Source: Paracoccaceae bacterium
GTDB lineage: Bacteria; Pseudomonadota; Alphaproteobacteria; Rhodobacterales; Rhodobacteraceae
DNA length: 64,000 nt
Assembly: GCA_045565285.1 (NCBI GenBank)
Contig: JBJLFR010000010.1
Span: 3,344-67,343 of the forward strand
Direction: 5' to 3'
Positions within the stretch are counted from its first letter, which is position 1. Each line of letters opens with the position of its first letter. The position numbers were made by a program, and so were the translations under genes. Positions 17,861 to 27,696 of this stretch are shown piece by piece. Below the pieces are notes generated by a model, which searched no databases, was not told where the DNA came from, and was given only the letters and a program-made list of their open reading frames with translations.

Positions 17861-18967
17861 ATGACCGATACACCAAAAATAGCAGAAAAAGCAGATTCTC
17901 CATTAGCTTTTTCTTTACCATTATTATTTTGCCCTTTGTTAATGCTTGGTTGGATTTATGGTGGAATTATGCTCATTTTTGTACCAATATTTGGATATGT
18001 TATTATTTCAATTATTGATCTCTTTATTGGTGAAAACAAAAAAGATCAGATTTTAAATAACGGAAATATTAATAATTACAAAATTATTTTGTTCGCATGG
18101 CCATTTATTCAATTTTTTTTACTATTTGGCTCAATCATTGTTATATGTTTTTTTGATCATTTATCTTTAATTGAAGCTATTGTTTTAATGTTGGTTCAAG
18201 GAATGATTACTGGTGCCGTTGGTATTACGTTTGCCCACGAATTAATGCATCAAAAAACTAAGTTTGAAAGATTTCTTTCTGATTTGCTAATGGGAATGGC
18301 CTTTTATGGTCATTTTAGAACAGAACACGTTTATGTTCACCATAGATTTGTTGGCACAAAAAAAGATGCTGTTACAGCTCGATATAATGAAAGTTTCTAT
18401 ACATTCTTTGTTAGAGTTGTTCCAGAATGTTTTAAATCAGCATGGAAAGTTGAAACCTTAAGACTGAAAGGAAAAAATAATAGCATATTTAATTCATCAA
18501 ATCCTTTTTATATATATGTAACATTAGCATTATTTTTCCTATTATTATCTTTTTTAATTGGTGGTTTTTGGGGTATATGTTTATTTTTAATACAAGCAAT
18601 AGTTGCTATTTTGCATTTAGAAGTTGTTAATTACATAGAACATTATGGTTTAAGTAGGCAAAAAGTTGATGATGAAAAATATGAACCTACCAAACCATTT
18701 CATAGCTGGAATGCAAATCATGCAGCAAGTAATTTTTTGTTAATAAATCTTCAAAAACATTCAGATCATCATGCTAGACCTAATAAAACTTACCCTTTAT
18801 TAAGTGCCTATGATCAAAATTCTGCTCCACAATTACCTTTTGGTTATCCCATAATGGTAGTATTAAGTCTATTACCATTTTTATGGAGGAACGTTATGAA
18901 CCCCAGAGTTAAGGAATGGAGAGAACAGTTTTATCCAGAAATAAAAGAGTGGAATGAATTAAACTAA
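17861..18967 (+). CDS. alkB: alkane 1-monooxygenase (AlkB-type integral-membrane di-iron hydroxylase)
   Basis: His boxes 'HELMHQ' and 'EHVYVHHR', plus the AlkB-specific 'NYIEHYGL' and 'LQKHSDHHA'. Multiple TM segments. The ATG at 17861 lies inside ORF 17855..18967. Confidence 0.75.
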   Translation: MTDTPKIAEKADSPLAFSLPLLFCPLLMLGWIYGGIMLIFVPIFGYVIISIIDLFIGENKKDQILNNGNINNYKIILFAWPFIQFFLLFGSIIVICFFDHLSLIEAIVLMLVQGMITGAVGITFAHELMHQKTKFERFLSDLLMGMAFYGHFRTEHVYVHHRFVGTKKDAVTARYNESFYTFFVRVVPECFKSAWKVETLRLKGKNNSIFNSSNPFYIYVTLALFFLLLSFLIGGFWGICLFLIQAIVAILHLEVVNYIEHYGLSRQKVDDEKYEPTKPFHSWNANHAASNFLLINLQKHSDHHARPNKTYPLLSAYDQNSAPQLPFGYPIMVVLSLLPFLWRNVMNPRVKEWREQFYPEIKEWNELN

Positions 18968-19540
18968 TTTTAATTTTTCTTCTAAATGAATAGATATCAT
19001 TTGATCAAAAATTATATCAAATTAAATTATCGTTTACTAAAAATGTAGGCAAAACAAATATACAAAATTTATAAGGTTATTTAGTATTACCTTCACAATA
19101 TTTTAAATTTAATTTACTTATGGATCTATATTTATATATTTGATAATTATTATTATTTTGATTTTTAAAGGTTAATATTTTTATTAGATCCAGTAGTTTC
19201 ACCTTCCAAATATCAATTACGTAATGTAGTTTTATTTATTAAACAAACATACTTTTTTTAATACTCTTATTGCATAGATATTTGCTTCATTAAAATTTCT
19301 AATGATTAAGGAAATGGAACTTTATGTTTTAGAATTTGATATAAATTGGCTCTTTTTTGAGTATCGATACAAATATATTTACTTCAGAAAGTTTGCAGGA
19401 GGAAATGAACTATTGTTCATTTTTTTTATTATTCATCTTATATAAAAAATTTTAAAGCTTATATCAAACATATTCTCTTAATATATTGTCAATACGAATG
19501 AATATTAAATAAGTATAATTGTTTCTCATAGAAAACTAAA

Positions 19541-20671
19541 ATGTCAGTTTATTTTTCATCCTTTAATGTAATCAATTACTTAATTACTAAAAAAATATTT
19601 TTATTACATTTATTTTTTTTATTCACTATTTTTATGTCCCCAAATATAGTTTTAACTCATACATATCTCAAAAAAATTGGTAAGGATATAGAATATCCTT
19701 GGGGAATGGATTTTATTGATCAAAATAACATCCTAGTAACTAAAAAAACCGGTCAAATTGTAAAAATAAATTTAAAAACTGAAGTTTTTGAAGAGATTAA
19801 AGGACTACCAAAAATTTTTTTTAAAGGCCAAGGAGGTCTTTTAGATATCACTGTTCAAAAAAATGATACTAAAAATAAAACTATTTATTTTTGTAATACT
19901 ATAGAAAAGGGAGGAAAATTAGGAACAGTCATTCAAAAGGGGGTTTTGGATTTCAATAATAACAAAATTTATAATTTATCAGTTATTTTTGAATCTAATC
20001 ATTATTCAAAAAGTAGCAGACATTTTGGTTGTCGTTTAATCTTAAAAAATAATAAGCTATATGCTTCATTAGGTGATAGAGGCAAAAGATATACTGCTCA
20101 AAATTTAAATGATGATTCAGGATCTATTATTGAAATAGATTTAAGTAAACTTAAAACAAGTGAAAAATCTTATCAAATTCATTCTATAGGCCATAGGAAT
20201 CCTCAAGGATTAACTATTAATCCTTTTAACAACCAAATTTGGAGTCATGAACATGGTCCAAGAGGTGGTGATGAAATTAATATCATTAAAAAAGGTAGAA
20301 ATTATGGATGGCCTATTATCACTTCTGGTGAAGAATATTTTGGAGGTAAAATAGGAGAAGGTACTTATTCACCTGATTATGAAAACCCTGTATGGACATG
20401 GATACCCTCTATCGCACCATCAGGTATGATATTTTATAATTCAGAAATGTTTGAAAATTTCAAAGGACATATTCTAGTTGGATCTTTGAAATTTAAATCA
20501 CTTTATCTTGTTAAAATAATGGATAATTTACCTTATTCCGAAGAAATTATTTTTCAAAATAAAATTGGAAGAATTAGAGATGTAGATGTGGGAGCAGATG
20601 GAAGCATTTATCTATTGACTGATTCCAAAAAAGGGGGTCTTTTCAAGTTCTTTAAAAGAGATATTGATTAG
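19541..20671 (+). CDS. PQQ-dependent soluble sugar (glucose/sorbosone) dehydrogenase, YliI-like
   Basis: 376 aa with a signal/anchor. 'GHRNPQGL', 'HGPRGGDEINIIKKGRNYGWP' and 'GRIRDV' are beta-propeller sGDH motifs. Confidence 0.75.
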   Translation: MSVYFSSFNVINYLITKKIFLLHLFFLFTIFMSPNIVLTHTYLKKIGKDIEYPWGMDFIDQNNILVTKKTGQIVKINLKTEVFEEIKGLPKIFFKGQGGLLDITVQKNDTKNKTIYFCNTIEKGGKLGTVIQKGVLDFNNNKIYNLSVIFESNHYSKSSRHFGCRLILKNNKLYASLGDRGKRYTAQNLNDDSGSIIEIDLSKLKTSEKSYQIHSIGHRNPQGLTINPFNNQIWSHEHGPRGGDEINIIKKGRNYGWPIITSGEEYFGGKIGEGTYSPDYENPVWTWIPSIAPSGMIFYNSEMFENFKGHILVGSLKFKSLYLVKIMDNLPYSEEIIFQNKIGRIRDVDVGADGSIYLLTDSKKGGLFKFFKRDID

Positions 20672-20679
20672 GATTAATT

Positions 20680-21894
20680 TTGAAACAAAGCAATGCTGTA
20701 ATCTTTTTCGATAAAAAGACCCCACCTCATATTTTTACTCTAATTATACTTTCTGGCCTTGGGGCATTAAGTATGAGCATATTTTTGTCTAGTATATTAG
20801 AAATGTCAATTTTTTTTAATAAAAGCTACGCTCTAATGCAACTTTCAATATCATTATATTTAGTAACTACAGCTTTTTTTCAAATAATTGCAGGACCCTT
20901 GTCAGATAGATACGGAAGAAGATTAATAACATTATTTTCTGTAATATTATTTATTTTAGCGTCTATAGGATGTTATTTATCAACTAATTTTGAATTTTTT
21001 ATTTTTTTTAGAATATTACAAGCTTCTGTAGCTGCTGGATTTTTAATGAGTAGAGTAATTATAAGAGACATTACTTCTGAATCTGATGCTGCTTCTATGA
21101 TCGGATATGTGACTATGGGAATGTCTATAATACCTTTAATTGCTCCTGGAATAGGCGGATTAATACATATGTATTTGGGCTGGTCGAGCATTTTTCTTAT
21201 AATGGCATTTCTAGGCATTATTTTATTATTTATTACTTTTCATGATTTAGGAGAAACAAAAATTGTAAAAATAAAAAAAAATAAAAAAAATTTTAATTTA
21301 TATATTGAATTGTTTAAAAAACCAAAATTTTGGGGTTATTCACTAACTGTTGCATTTTCTGCCGGTACTTTTTTTTCGTTTTTAGGTGGGGCACCTTATG
21401 TTGCTACCAAAGTATACAACTTAAATAGTGTGATATCTGGATTAGTAATGGGTTTTCCAGCTGCAGGTTATTTTTTTGGTAATTATTTATCAGGTAAATA
21501 TTCAAAAAATTTTGGAATAGATTATATGGTCTTACGAGGGATATGGTTTGTGATTTTTGGAATGTTTTCTTGTCTTATAATTACAGTTTTATACAAAGAT
21601 ACTCCTTACTTTTTTTTTGGTTTATGTTTTTTTGTTGGATTAGGTAATGGTTTAATTATACCAAATGCAAGTGCCGGTATATTATCTGTAAATGAAAACT
21701 TATCTGGTACAGCAGGAGGGTTAGGAAATGCAATTATGATTAGTACTGGAGCTATTTTGGCAGCACTAGCAAGCTATTTATTAGAAAATCAAAATAGTTC
21801 TTTTTATCTAGTATCATTGATGCTTTTTTCAGGTAGTTTGAGTTATATTTCTCATTATGTATTAGTTTTAAAAAATAAAACCGAAAATCCATAG
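20680..21894 (+). CDS. MFS transporter (Bcr/CflA-like)
   Basis: 404 aa, ~12 TM segments, MFS loop motif 'GPLSDRYGRR'. TTG start. Confidence 0.75.
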   Translation: MKQSNAVIFFDKKTPPHIFTLIILSGLGALSMSIFLSSILEMSIFFNKSYALMQLSISLYLVTTAFFQIIAGPLSDRYGRRLITLFSVILFILASIGCYLSTNFEFFIFFRILQASVAAGFLMSRVIIRDITSESDAASMIGYVTMGMSIIPLIAPGIGGLIHMYLGWSSIFLIMAFLGIILLFITFHDLGETKIVKIKKNKKNFNLYIELFKKPKFWGYSLTVAFSAGTFFSFLGGAPYVATKVYNLNSVISGLVMGFPAAGYFFGNYLSGKYSKNFGIDYMVLRGIWFVIFGMFSCLIITVLYKDTPYFFFGLCFFVGLGNGLIIPNASAGILSVNENLSGTAGGLGNAIMISTGAILAALASYLLENQNSSFYLVSLMLFSGSLSYISHYVLVLKNKTENP

Positions 21895-21925
21895 ATCTAT
21901 ATAATTGAAGTATTTAATAAATAAA

Positions 21926-22840
21926 ATGAATTTAAAAAATAAAAAAATTATTTTTATTGTTAATCCAAATTCAGGAAAACTTTCGACTAAAAATAAAATT
22001 AAAATTATTTCAAGGTGTCTACCCACAAATCCAGACATTATATTTCCAAAAACCCCAGATGAAACATCTCATCTTAGTGCTCAAGCATTTAAAAAAAAAC
22101 ATATTGTAGTTGCTTGTGGCGGTGATGGAACAGTTAATCTAGTTGCAAATCAAGCAATTATTCATGATGGAACGATGTCAATATTACCATTTGGAAGAGG
22201 AAATGATTTTGCAAAATTTATTGGTATTAATGATGATAAACAATTTATAGATATGTTAGAGAAACCTAGTATTTACAAAAGTGAATATCTAGAGTTATTT
22301 TTTAAAAATTCGTATAAGATTTGTCTAACATCAGTCGGTGTTGGTCTTTTAAGTGAGGCAGCTTACCGAGCAAGCAAAATACCTTTATTACAAGGAAGTT
22401 TATTATATACAATTGCAGCATTATCTTGTTTTATTAATCTCAAATCTCATTCTTATATTGTAAATTTTAATAAAAAAATTGAATTAAATGAAAAATTAAC
22501 TATTTTAGTTGTTGCATCTACACCTTTTGCAGGTGGAGGAATGCATATTGCTCCTGAGGCACAAAAAATAAAAAATAAAATCAACCTTTTATATGCAAAA
22601 AAAGTTTCAAGAATTGAAGCAATTGGATTACTTAGTAAAGTAATGTCCGGAAATCATTTGGGACATCAAAAAGTAAATAACTCTCATATAAAACAATGTA
22701 AAATTACAACAAAGGAAACCGATTTTTGGGCTCCCTTAGTTTATGGAGATGGGGAATATATAGGAAATTTACCTGTTGAAATTAAAAAAGGAAAAAAATA
22801 TTTGAAATTATTAGTACCAAACAATCAAACTATTGGTTAA
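21926..22840 (+). CDS. diacylglycerol/lipid kinase family protein (YegS/LCB5-like)
   Basis: 'IIFIVNPNSGK' and 'VACGGDGTVN' are catalytic-domain motifs. The ATG at 21926 lies inside ORF 21905..22840. Confidence 0.7.
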   Translation: MNLKNKKIIFIVNPNSGKLSTKNKIKIISRCLPTNPDIIFPKTPDETSHLSAQAFKKKHIVVACGGDGTVNLVANQAIIHDGTMSILPFGRGNDFAKFIGINDDKQFIDMLEKPSIYKSEYLELFFKNSYKICLTSVGVGLLSEAAYRASKIPLLQGSLLYTIAALSCFINLKSHSYIVNFNKKIELNEKLTILVVASTPFAGGGMHIAPEAQKIKNKINLLYAKKVSRIEAIGLLSKVMSGNHLGHQKVNNSHIKQCKITTKETDFWAPLVYGDGEYIGNLPVEIKKGKKYLKLLVPNNQTIG

Positions 22841-24473
22841 ATGCAAATTTAGCCTCAATAGGTTTAAGTTGTGTTTTTCTAAGTATAAAATCAGAAGCTC
22901 TGTGAGCAATCATCTGAATAGGTGCATTTAAATTAGCACTTATAATTTTTGGTAATATAGATCCATCTACTATTCTTAAATTTTCAACACCATATACTCT
23001 TAATTCTTCATCTACTACACTGTCCTCAGAATTTCCCATTTTACAAGTACCACATGGATGATAATCAGTTTCAGTCAAACCTCTAATTACCTCCTCTTTA
23101 TTGTTTTTATCAATGCCTTCAGAAATACCTGTTATTTCATTTCCTCTGAATTCTTCAAACGATTTTTGATTGATTAACTCTCTTGCTTTATCAATACCCT
23201 GTGACATTTGAGTAAAGTCCTCCAAGTTGTTCATATAATTAAAAATAATGTCAGGTTTACCAAATAAATTTTTCTTATTTAATTTCAAATAACCAGAACT
23301 TTTTGGTCGAAGAAGATCAATATGAAGAACAAAACCTTTTCTAATTTTTAATTCTCCATTAATAAAATCAAATCCTGCTGGTGCAAAATGGTACTGTAGA
23401 TTTGGATAATCAACTTTGTCGTTACCAAAAATTAATCCTCCAGCCTCCCAAATATTTGTACAAGCCATGCCTGTACGAGTAGTAATCCATTGCATACCTG
23501 TAATTAGTTTTCTTAAATTATTATTCATTCCATATATTGGAAAATTTTTTTTACAATCATATTTCAAAATAACTGTAGGATGATCTTGTAAATTTTTTCC
23601 TACACCTACTAAGTTTATTTCACTTTTTATTCCATTTTCTTTTAATTCTTCAGCTGCTCCAATACCAGAAAGCATCAATAATTTTGGGGTATTTATCGAT
23701 CCACATGATAAAATTATTTCATTTGATGCGTAAATTGTTTCAAAGCTGTTTTGATATAATATATCTAGAGAAACTGCTTTCTTTGATTTTAAATTAATCT
23801 TGGTTACATTCGCACTAGTAATAATATCAAGGTTTTCCCTTTTTTTAGCATTAGTAAGATGTGCATCAGCTGCACTCCATCTTTTACCTTTGTAACGAGT
23901 TGCATCTAATCTAGAAACACCACAAGGATTAAAACCATTTAGATCATCTGATCTGCCTTGACCAGAAGTCACTCCTGCTTCCAAAAAAGCTTCAAATAAT
24001 GGGGATTGAAGTGACCCACTTGAAACTTTCAAAGGACCATTTCCCCCTCTATAAAAATCTTCACCCTCTGAATATGTTTCACCCGCTTTAAAATATGGTA
24101 AACAGTTTTTATAAGACCAATTTTTTATTTTTAAGTCTTTTTCCCAACTATCATAATCAAGAGGATGACCTCTCATGTAAACCATAGAATTTATTGAAGA
24201 TGATCCTCCTAAAACTTTTCCTCTGGGTGTAAAAACAGATCTTTCCTTAAGAGCTGGTTCTTTACTAGTATCATAATTCCAATTAATTTCAGGATTTAAG
24301 TATGCTTTATAAACAGCAGCTGGAATATGTATCATTAAATTATTATTTACAGGCCCAGCTTCTAAAAGAAGTACTTTATTATTTATATTTTCACTAAGTT
24401 TGCTAGCTAAAACACATCCAGCAGATCCAGCTCCAACAATAATATAATTGTATTCTTTTTTTAAAATACTCAT
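22830..24473 (-). CDS. GMC-family FAD oxidoreductase (choline dehydrogenase-like)
   Basis: 547 aa. 'YIIVGAGSAGCVLASKLSE' is the Rossmann motif, with 'GGSSSINSMVY' and the C-terminal 'HPCGTCKMG...RIVDGSILP' GMC signatures. Its 3' end overlaps the convergent kinase gene by 11 nt. Confidence 0.8.
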   Translation of the reverse strand: MSILKKEYNYIIVGAGSAGCVLASKLSENINNKVLLLEAGPVNNNLMIHIPAAVYKAYLNPEINWNYDTSKEPALKERSVFTPRGKVLGGSSSINSMVYMRGHPLDYDSWEKDLKIKNWSYKNCLPYFKAGETYSEGEDFYRGGNGPLKVSSGSLQSPLFEAFLEAGVTSGQGRSDDLNGFNPCGVSRLDATRYKGKRWSAADAHLTNAKKRENLDIITSANVTKINLKSKKAVSLDILYQNSFETIYASNEIILSCGSINTPKLLMLSGIGAAEELKENGIKSEINLVGVGKNLQDHPTVILKYDCKKNFPIYGMNNNLRKLITGMQWITTRTGMACTNIWEAGGLIFGNDKVDYPNLQYHFAPAGFDFINGELKIRKGFVLHIDLLRPKSSGYLKLNKKNLFGKPDIIFNYMNNLEDFTQMSQGIDKARELINQKSFEEFRGNEITGISEGIDKNNKEEVIRGLTETDYHPCGTCKMGNSEDSVVDEELRVYGVENLRIVDGSILPKIISANLNAPIQMIAHRASDFILRKTQLKPIEAKFAFNQ

Positions 24474-24580
24474 GAAAAAAATTAAATTTTAATAAAATAT
24501 AATCAATATTTGATAACCTAAATTATCTTACTATATAAGACAATATAAGTTTTATTATATTTAAAAAAATCATATTTAAA

Positions 24581-25306
24581 ATGAAATTTGTTAAAATTTA
24601 TTCAATTATTTTTCAATTAATACAATTTACATTACTTCCCATATTAATATGGCAAGGAAAAAGTGTAAGAAAAAAAGTTTTGAAATTACCTGAAGCCACT
24701 GGTAAAAGATTTGGCACTATAGGAATAGGAAAAAATATAAAAATTTTATTCATTGGTGATTCATCAGCTTCCGGTGTTGGTGTTAACAATATTGAACAAT
24801 CTTTATCTGGTGGGGTAATTAAAAATTTAAAAAATAAGTATAAATGTACCTGGAAAATAATTGCTAAATCTGGTGTAAATACCAATCAATTAATTGATTT
24901 GATTACAATTGAAAAAGATGAACCATTTTCAATTGTAATCATTTCTGTTGGTATGAACGATATTACATCAGTAAGTACTTTAAAATTATGGAGTAAAAAT
25001 TTAAAACAATTAGAAAGTATTTTATTAAAAAAATTTTCTATTAACTATTTTATTTACTCAGGCATGCCTCCAGTACATAAATTATATATTTTACCAATTC
25101 CACTTAGGTATTTTTTGTCATTAAAAGCTTTACTTTTTGATAATTATTTAAGAATTAAATGTAAAAATTTATATAATTTTGAGTATATCAATATTAATAA
25201 ATTATCGTCAAAAAAAAATATAGTAGCAACTGATGGGTTTCATCCAAATGAAAATTTTTATACAATTTGGTCAAATAAAATTGTACAAAAAATTAAGTTA
25301 ATATAA
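24581..25306 (+). CDS. SGNH/GDSL-family hydrolase
   Basis: 241 aa. Block I 'ILFIGDSSASGVG', block III 'GMNDI', block V 'DGFHPN'. Confidence 0.7.
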   Translation: MKFVKIYSIIFQLIQFTLLPILIWQGKSVRKKVLKLPEATGKRFGTIGIGKNIKILFIGDSSASGVGVNNIEQSLSGGVIKNLKNKYKCTWKIIAKSGVNTNQLIDLITIEKDEPFSIVIISVGMNDITSVSTLKLWSKNLKQLESILLKKFSINYFIYSGMPPVHKLYILPIPLRYFLSLKALLFDNYLRIKCKNLYNFEYININKLSSKKNIVATDGFHPNENFYTIWSNKIVQKIKLI

Positions 25307-25311
25307 AAAAT

Positions 25312-26064
25312 ATGGAAAGAAATTTTAATAAATCATTAACTAAAATATTTCTACTATCTATGTTTTTTTTTATACTGTTACTCAAAACAACAATTGCTGA
25401 AACCTTTACTTTTTCCTTATCTGCTAAGGGAATAAAGTTTGGTTCTTTTTATATGATCGCTAAAGAAAGTGGTAATCAGTATCAAATTACATCAAATTTT
25501 GAAAGTAGTGGTATCTTGGGTGCTTTTACTAAAATTAATGTATCAAGTGGTGTATACGGTCGAATTCAAAATATAAATAATAATATTTATTACCCAATTG
25601 AAGTTCTATCTAAATGGAAAAGTTTACTTAAACAAAAACAATCTAAAATAAAATACAAAAATAAAAAAATTGTTCATTATGAAGTCTTGCCTTACCCTAG
25701 GAAAAATAAATATGCATTGAAAATCAATCAATTAAACAATACTATTGATCCTTTAACAGTAACTTATTTACTTTTAAAAAAGAGAAAAAAAATCAACATT
25801 TGCAAAGGTGAAAAATTAGTTTCAGAAGGTCAAACAATTATGAAAATAGTTTTTTTAAAAAAAGAAATCCTACAAAATAAAATTACTTGTGATGGAGAGT
25901 TTCAATTTTTAAAAGGGTTTGATCCAAAAAAGTATAAAAAGAAAAAATATAAATTTTCAGTAATTTACAAAAATAATAATAATCGCAATCAAAGATTGAA
26001 TGTTACAGATTTTATTTTCAATACTAGGATTGGTGAAATTATAGCAACAAGATTATCTAAATAA
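25312..26064 (+). CDS. secreted hypothetical protein (DUF3108-like?)
   Basis: 250 aa with a signal peptide, Lys-rich, 5 nt after the SGNH gene. The family assignment is tentative. Confidence 0.35.
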   Translation: MERNFNKSLTKIFLLSMFFFILLLKTTIAETFTFSLSAKGIKFGSFYMIAKESGNQYQITSNFESSGILGAFTKINVSSGVYGRIQNINNNIYYPIEVLSKWKSLLKQKQSKIKYKNKKIVHYEVLPYPRKNKYALKINQLNNTIDPLTVTYLLLKKRKKINICKGEKLVSEGQTIMKIVFLKKEILQNKITCDGEFQFLKGFDPKKYKKKKYKFSVIYKNNNNRNQRLNVTDFIFNTRIGEIIATRLSK

Positions 26065-26066
26065 TT

Positions 26067-26873
26067 ATGATATTAAAAGATGCTAACGTTACTTTAGAAT
26101 ATGAAAGGGTAGGATCAGGTCCTCTAGTGGTTTTGTTTCACTCTACTGCCAGTTCACTTAAACAATGGAATTCATTAATCAATATGTTAAAAAGTGACTT
26201 TGAAATTATTGCTGTAAATTTAATTGGATATGGCCTTACAAATAAGTGGACTGAAAATAATAAACAACAAAATCTAATAGACCATGTAAAACTTGTTGAA
26301 CCTTTAATAAGAAATTATAAGGGTAAAGTAAATTTTATAGGCCATTCATTTGGTGGTTCAGTTGCAATAAGAGCTGCTTTAGAATATAAAAAAAAACTTA
26401 ATAATCTTATTTTATTAGAACCAAATGCTTTTTTTATTTTAGACAAAAAACAACATTCGTCATCTTACAATATTGCTCATTCTTTTGGAAAAAAAATATA
26501 TGAAGCACAAAAGAAATCAAATTGGAATAATTTTGCAAAAATTTTTTTAGAATTTTGGGTTGGAATTGGATCCTGGGAAAAAATGACACCTAAACAACAA
26601 CATAATTTTTTACTTGTTATCCCCAATATTTACTATGAAGCACAGTCTATATTTAATGAAAAAATGGATTTAAAAGAATTAAATAATTTCCAAAAAAATA
26701 TTTTTTTTATTAATGCAAAAAATACTAACTTTATATCCAAAGAAATAAAGAGGGTGTTTATTTCCATTTTACCCGAAATTATTCATACTGAAATAGAAGA
26801 GGGTGACCATATGGCTCCAATAAAATATCCTGAAATAATAAATCCTTTGATTTATCAACACTTAAAAAATTGA
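26067..26873 (+). CDS. alpha/beta-fold hydrolase
   Basis: 268 aa. 'VVLFHSTASS' (oxyanion region) and the nucleophile elbow 'GHSFGGSVA'. Confidence 0.75.
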   Translation: MILKDANVTLEYERVGSGPLVVLFHSTASSLKQWNSLINMLKSDFEIIAVNLIGYGLTNKWTENNKQQNLIDHVKLVEPLIRNYKGKVNFIGHSFGGSVAIRAALEYKKKLNNLILLEPNAFFILDKKQHSSSYNIAHSFGKKIYEAQKKSNWNNFAKIFLEFWVGIGSWEKMTPKQQHNFLLVIPNIYYEAQSIFNEKMDLKELNNFQKNIFFINAKNTNFISKEIKRVFISILPEIIHTEIEEGDHMAPIKYPEIINPLIYQHLKN

Positions 26874-26883
26874 AATAGTTAAA

Positions 26884-27663
26884 ATGAATTTTACATCAAT
26901 TAGTTATAAATATTTTTTAATTTACCTTTTATTGATATTCGTTTGTTATCTTTTTTTTTCAAAAAATTTAATTGCAGAAGTAAAAATTATAAAAAATAAT
27001 ATTGAGAGATGTTTTTTTACTAATGCCAAACCAAATCATGCAATTGGACAATTTCCAACTAAAGGAAACCCGAATAGTTTTAAAAAACAAAATTTAAAAT
27101 TTTGTACTACTTTATATCCATTTATTAATAATAATTTCTCTTATAAAGCTAAAACGGTTGGAATTACTCTCTCTGGAATTCCAATAAGACCTAACACAGC
27201 TGATTGGTACGATCCTCATTCACCAAAAGGCCATAGTAAAAAAAGTACATCAGGTTGGAATTTAGAAGGAATTACTCCTTATAAAAAAAAGTTAGGTATA
27301 GATAGAAACAATGGTCATGTTGATAAAAATGGATTATATCATTATCATGGAGTTAATAAACACTTATTAAATTTGAAACAAAATTCTTTAATAGGATATG
27401 CTGCTGATGGGCATGAAATCCATTACCTAGGTTCAAATATAAAATCTTCATGGAAACTTAAAAATGGTAAAAGACCCACAATGCCTTTTGGAAGTTATGA
27501 TGGGAGTTTTTTTCAAGATTACGAATTTAAAGAGGGTAGTGGAGATTTAGATGAATGCAATTTTGGTAAAATAGATAATAAAAAAGTATACTTTGCAACA
27601 AATGAATTTCCATTTTTTCCAAGATGTCTTTGGGGAAATCCAAGTAAATATTTTTTGAGATGA
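26884..27663 (+). CDS. YHYH-domain secreted protein
   Basis: 259 aa with a signal peptide. 'HVDKNGLYHYHG' is the YHYH motif. Confidence 0.6.
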   Translation: MNFTSISYKYFLIYLLLIFVCYLFFSKNLIAEVKIIKNNIERCFFTNAKPNHAIGQFPTKGNPNSFKKQNLKFCTTLYPFINNNFSYKAKTVGITLSGIPIRPNTADWYDPHSPKGHSKKSTSGWNLEGITPYKKKLGIDRNNGHVDKNGLYHYHGVNKHLLNLKQNSLIGYAADGHEIHYLGSNIKSSWKLKNGKRPTMPFGSYDGSFFQDYEFKEGSGDLDECNFGKIDNKKVYFATNEFPFFPRCLWGNPSKYFLR

Positions 27664-27696
27664 ATTAAATTATTAATTTATTTTTTAACTTATAGA

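Noticed and set aside
19302-19445. 47-codon ORF and a 16-codon SD-preceded mini-ORF in the long spacer, as real genes.
   Set aside because: They show no homology features and no conserved motifs. The coding potential of such short AT-rich ORFs cannot be judged without comparative or expression data, so I mention them only within the spacer finding.
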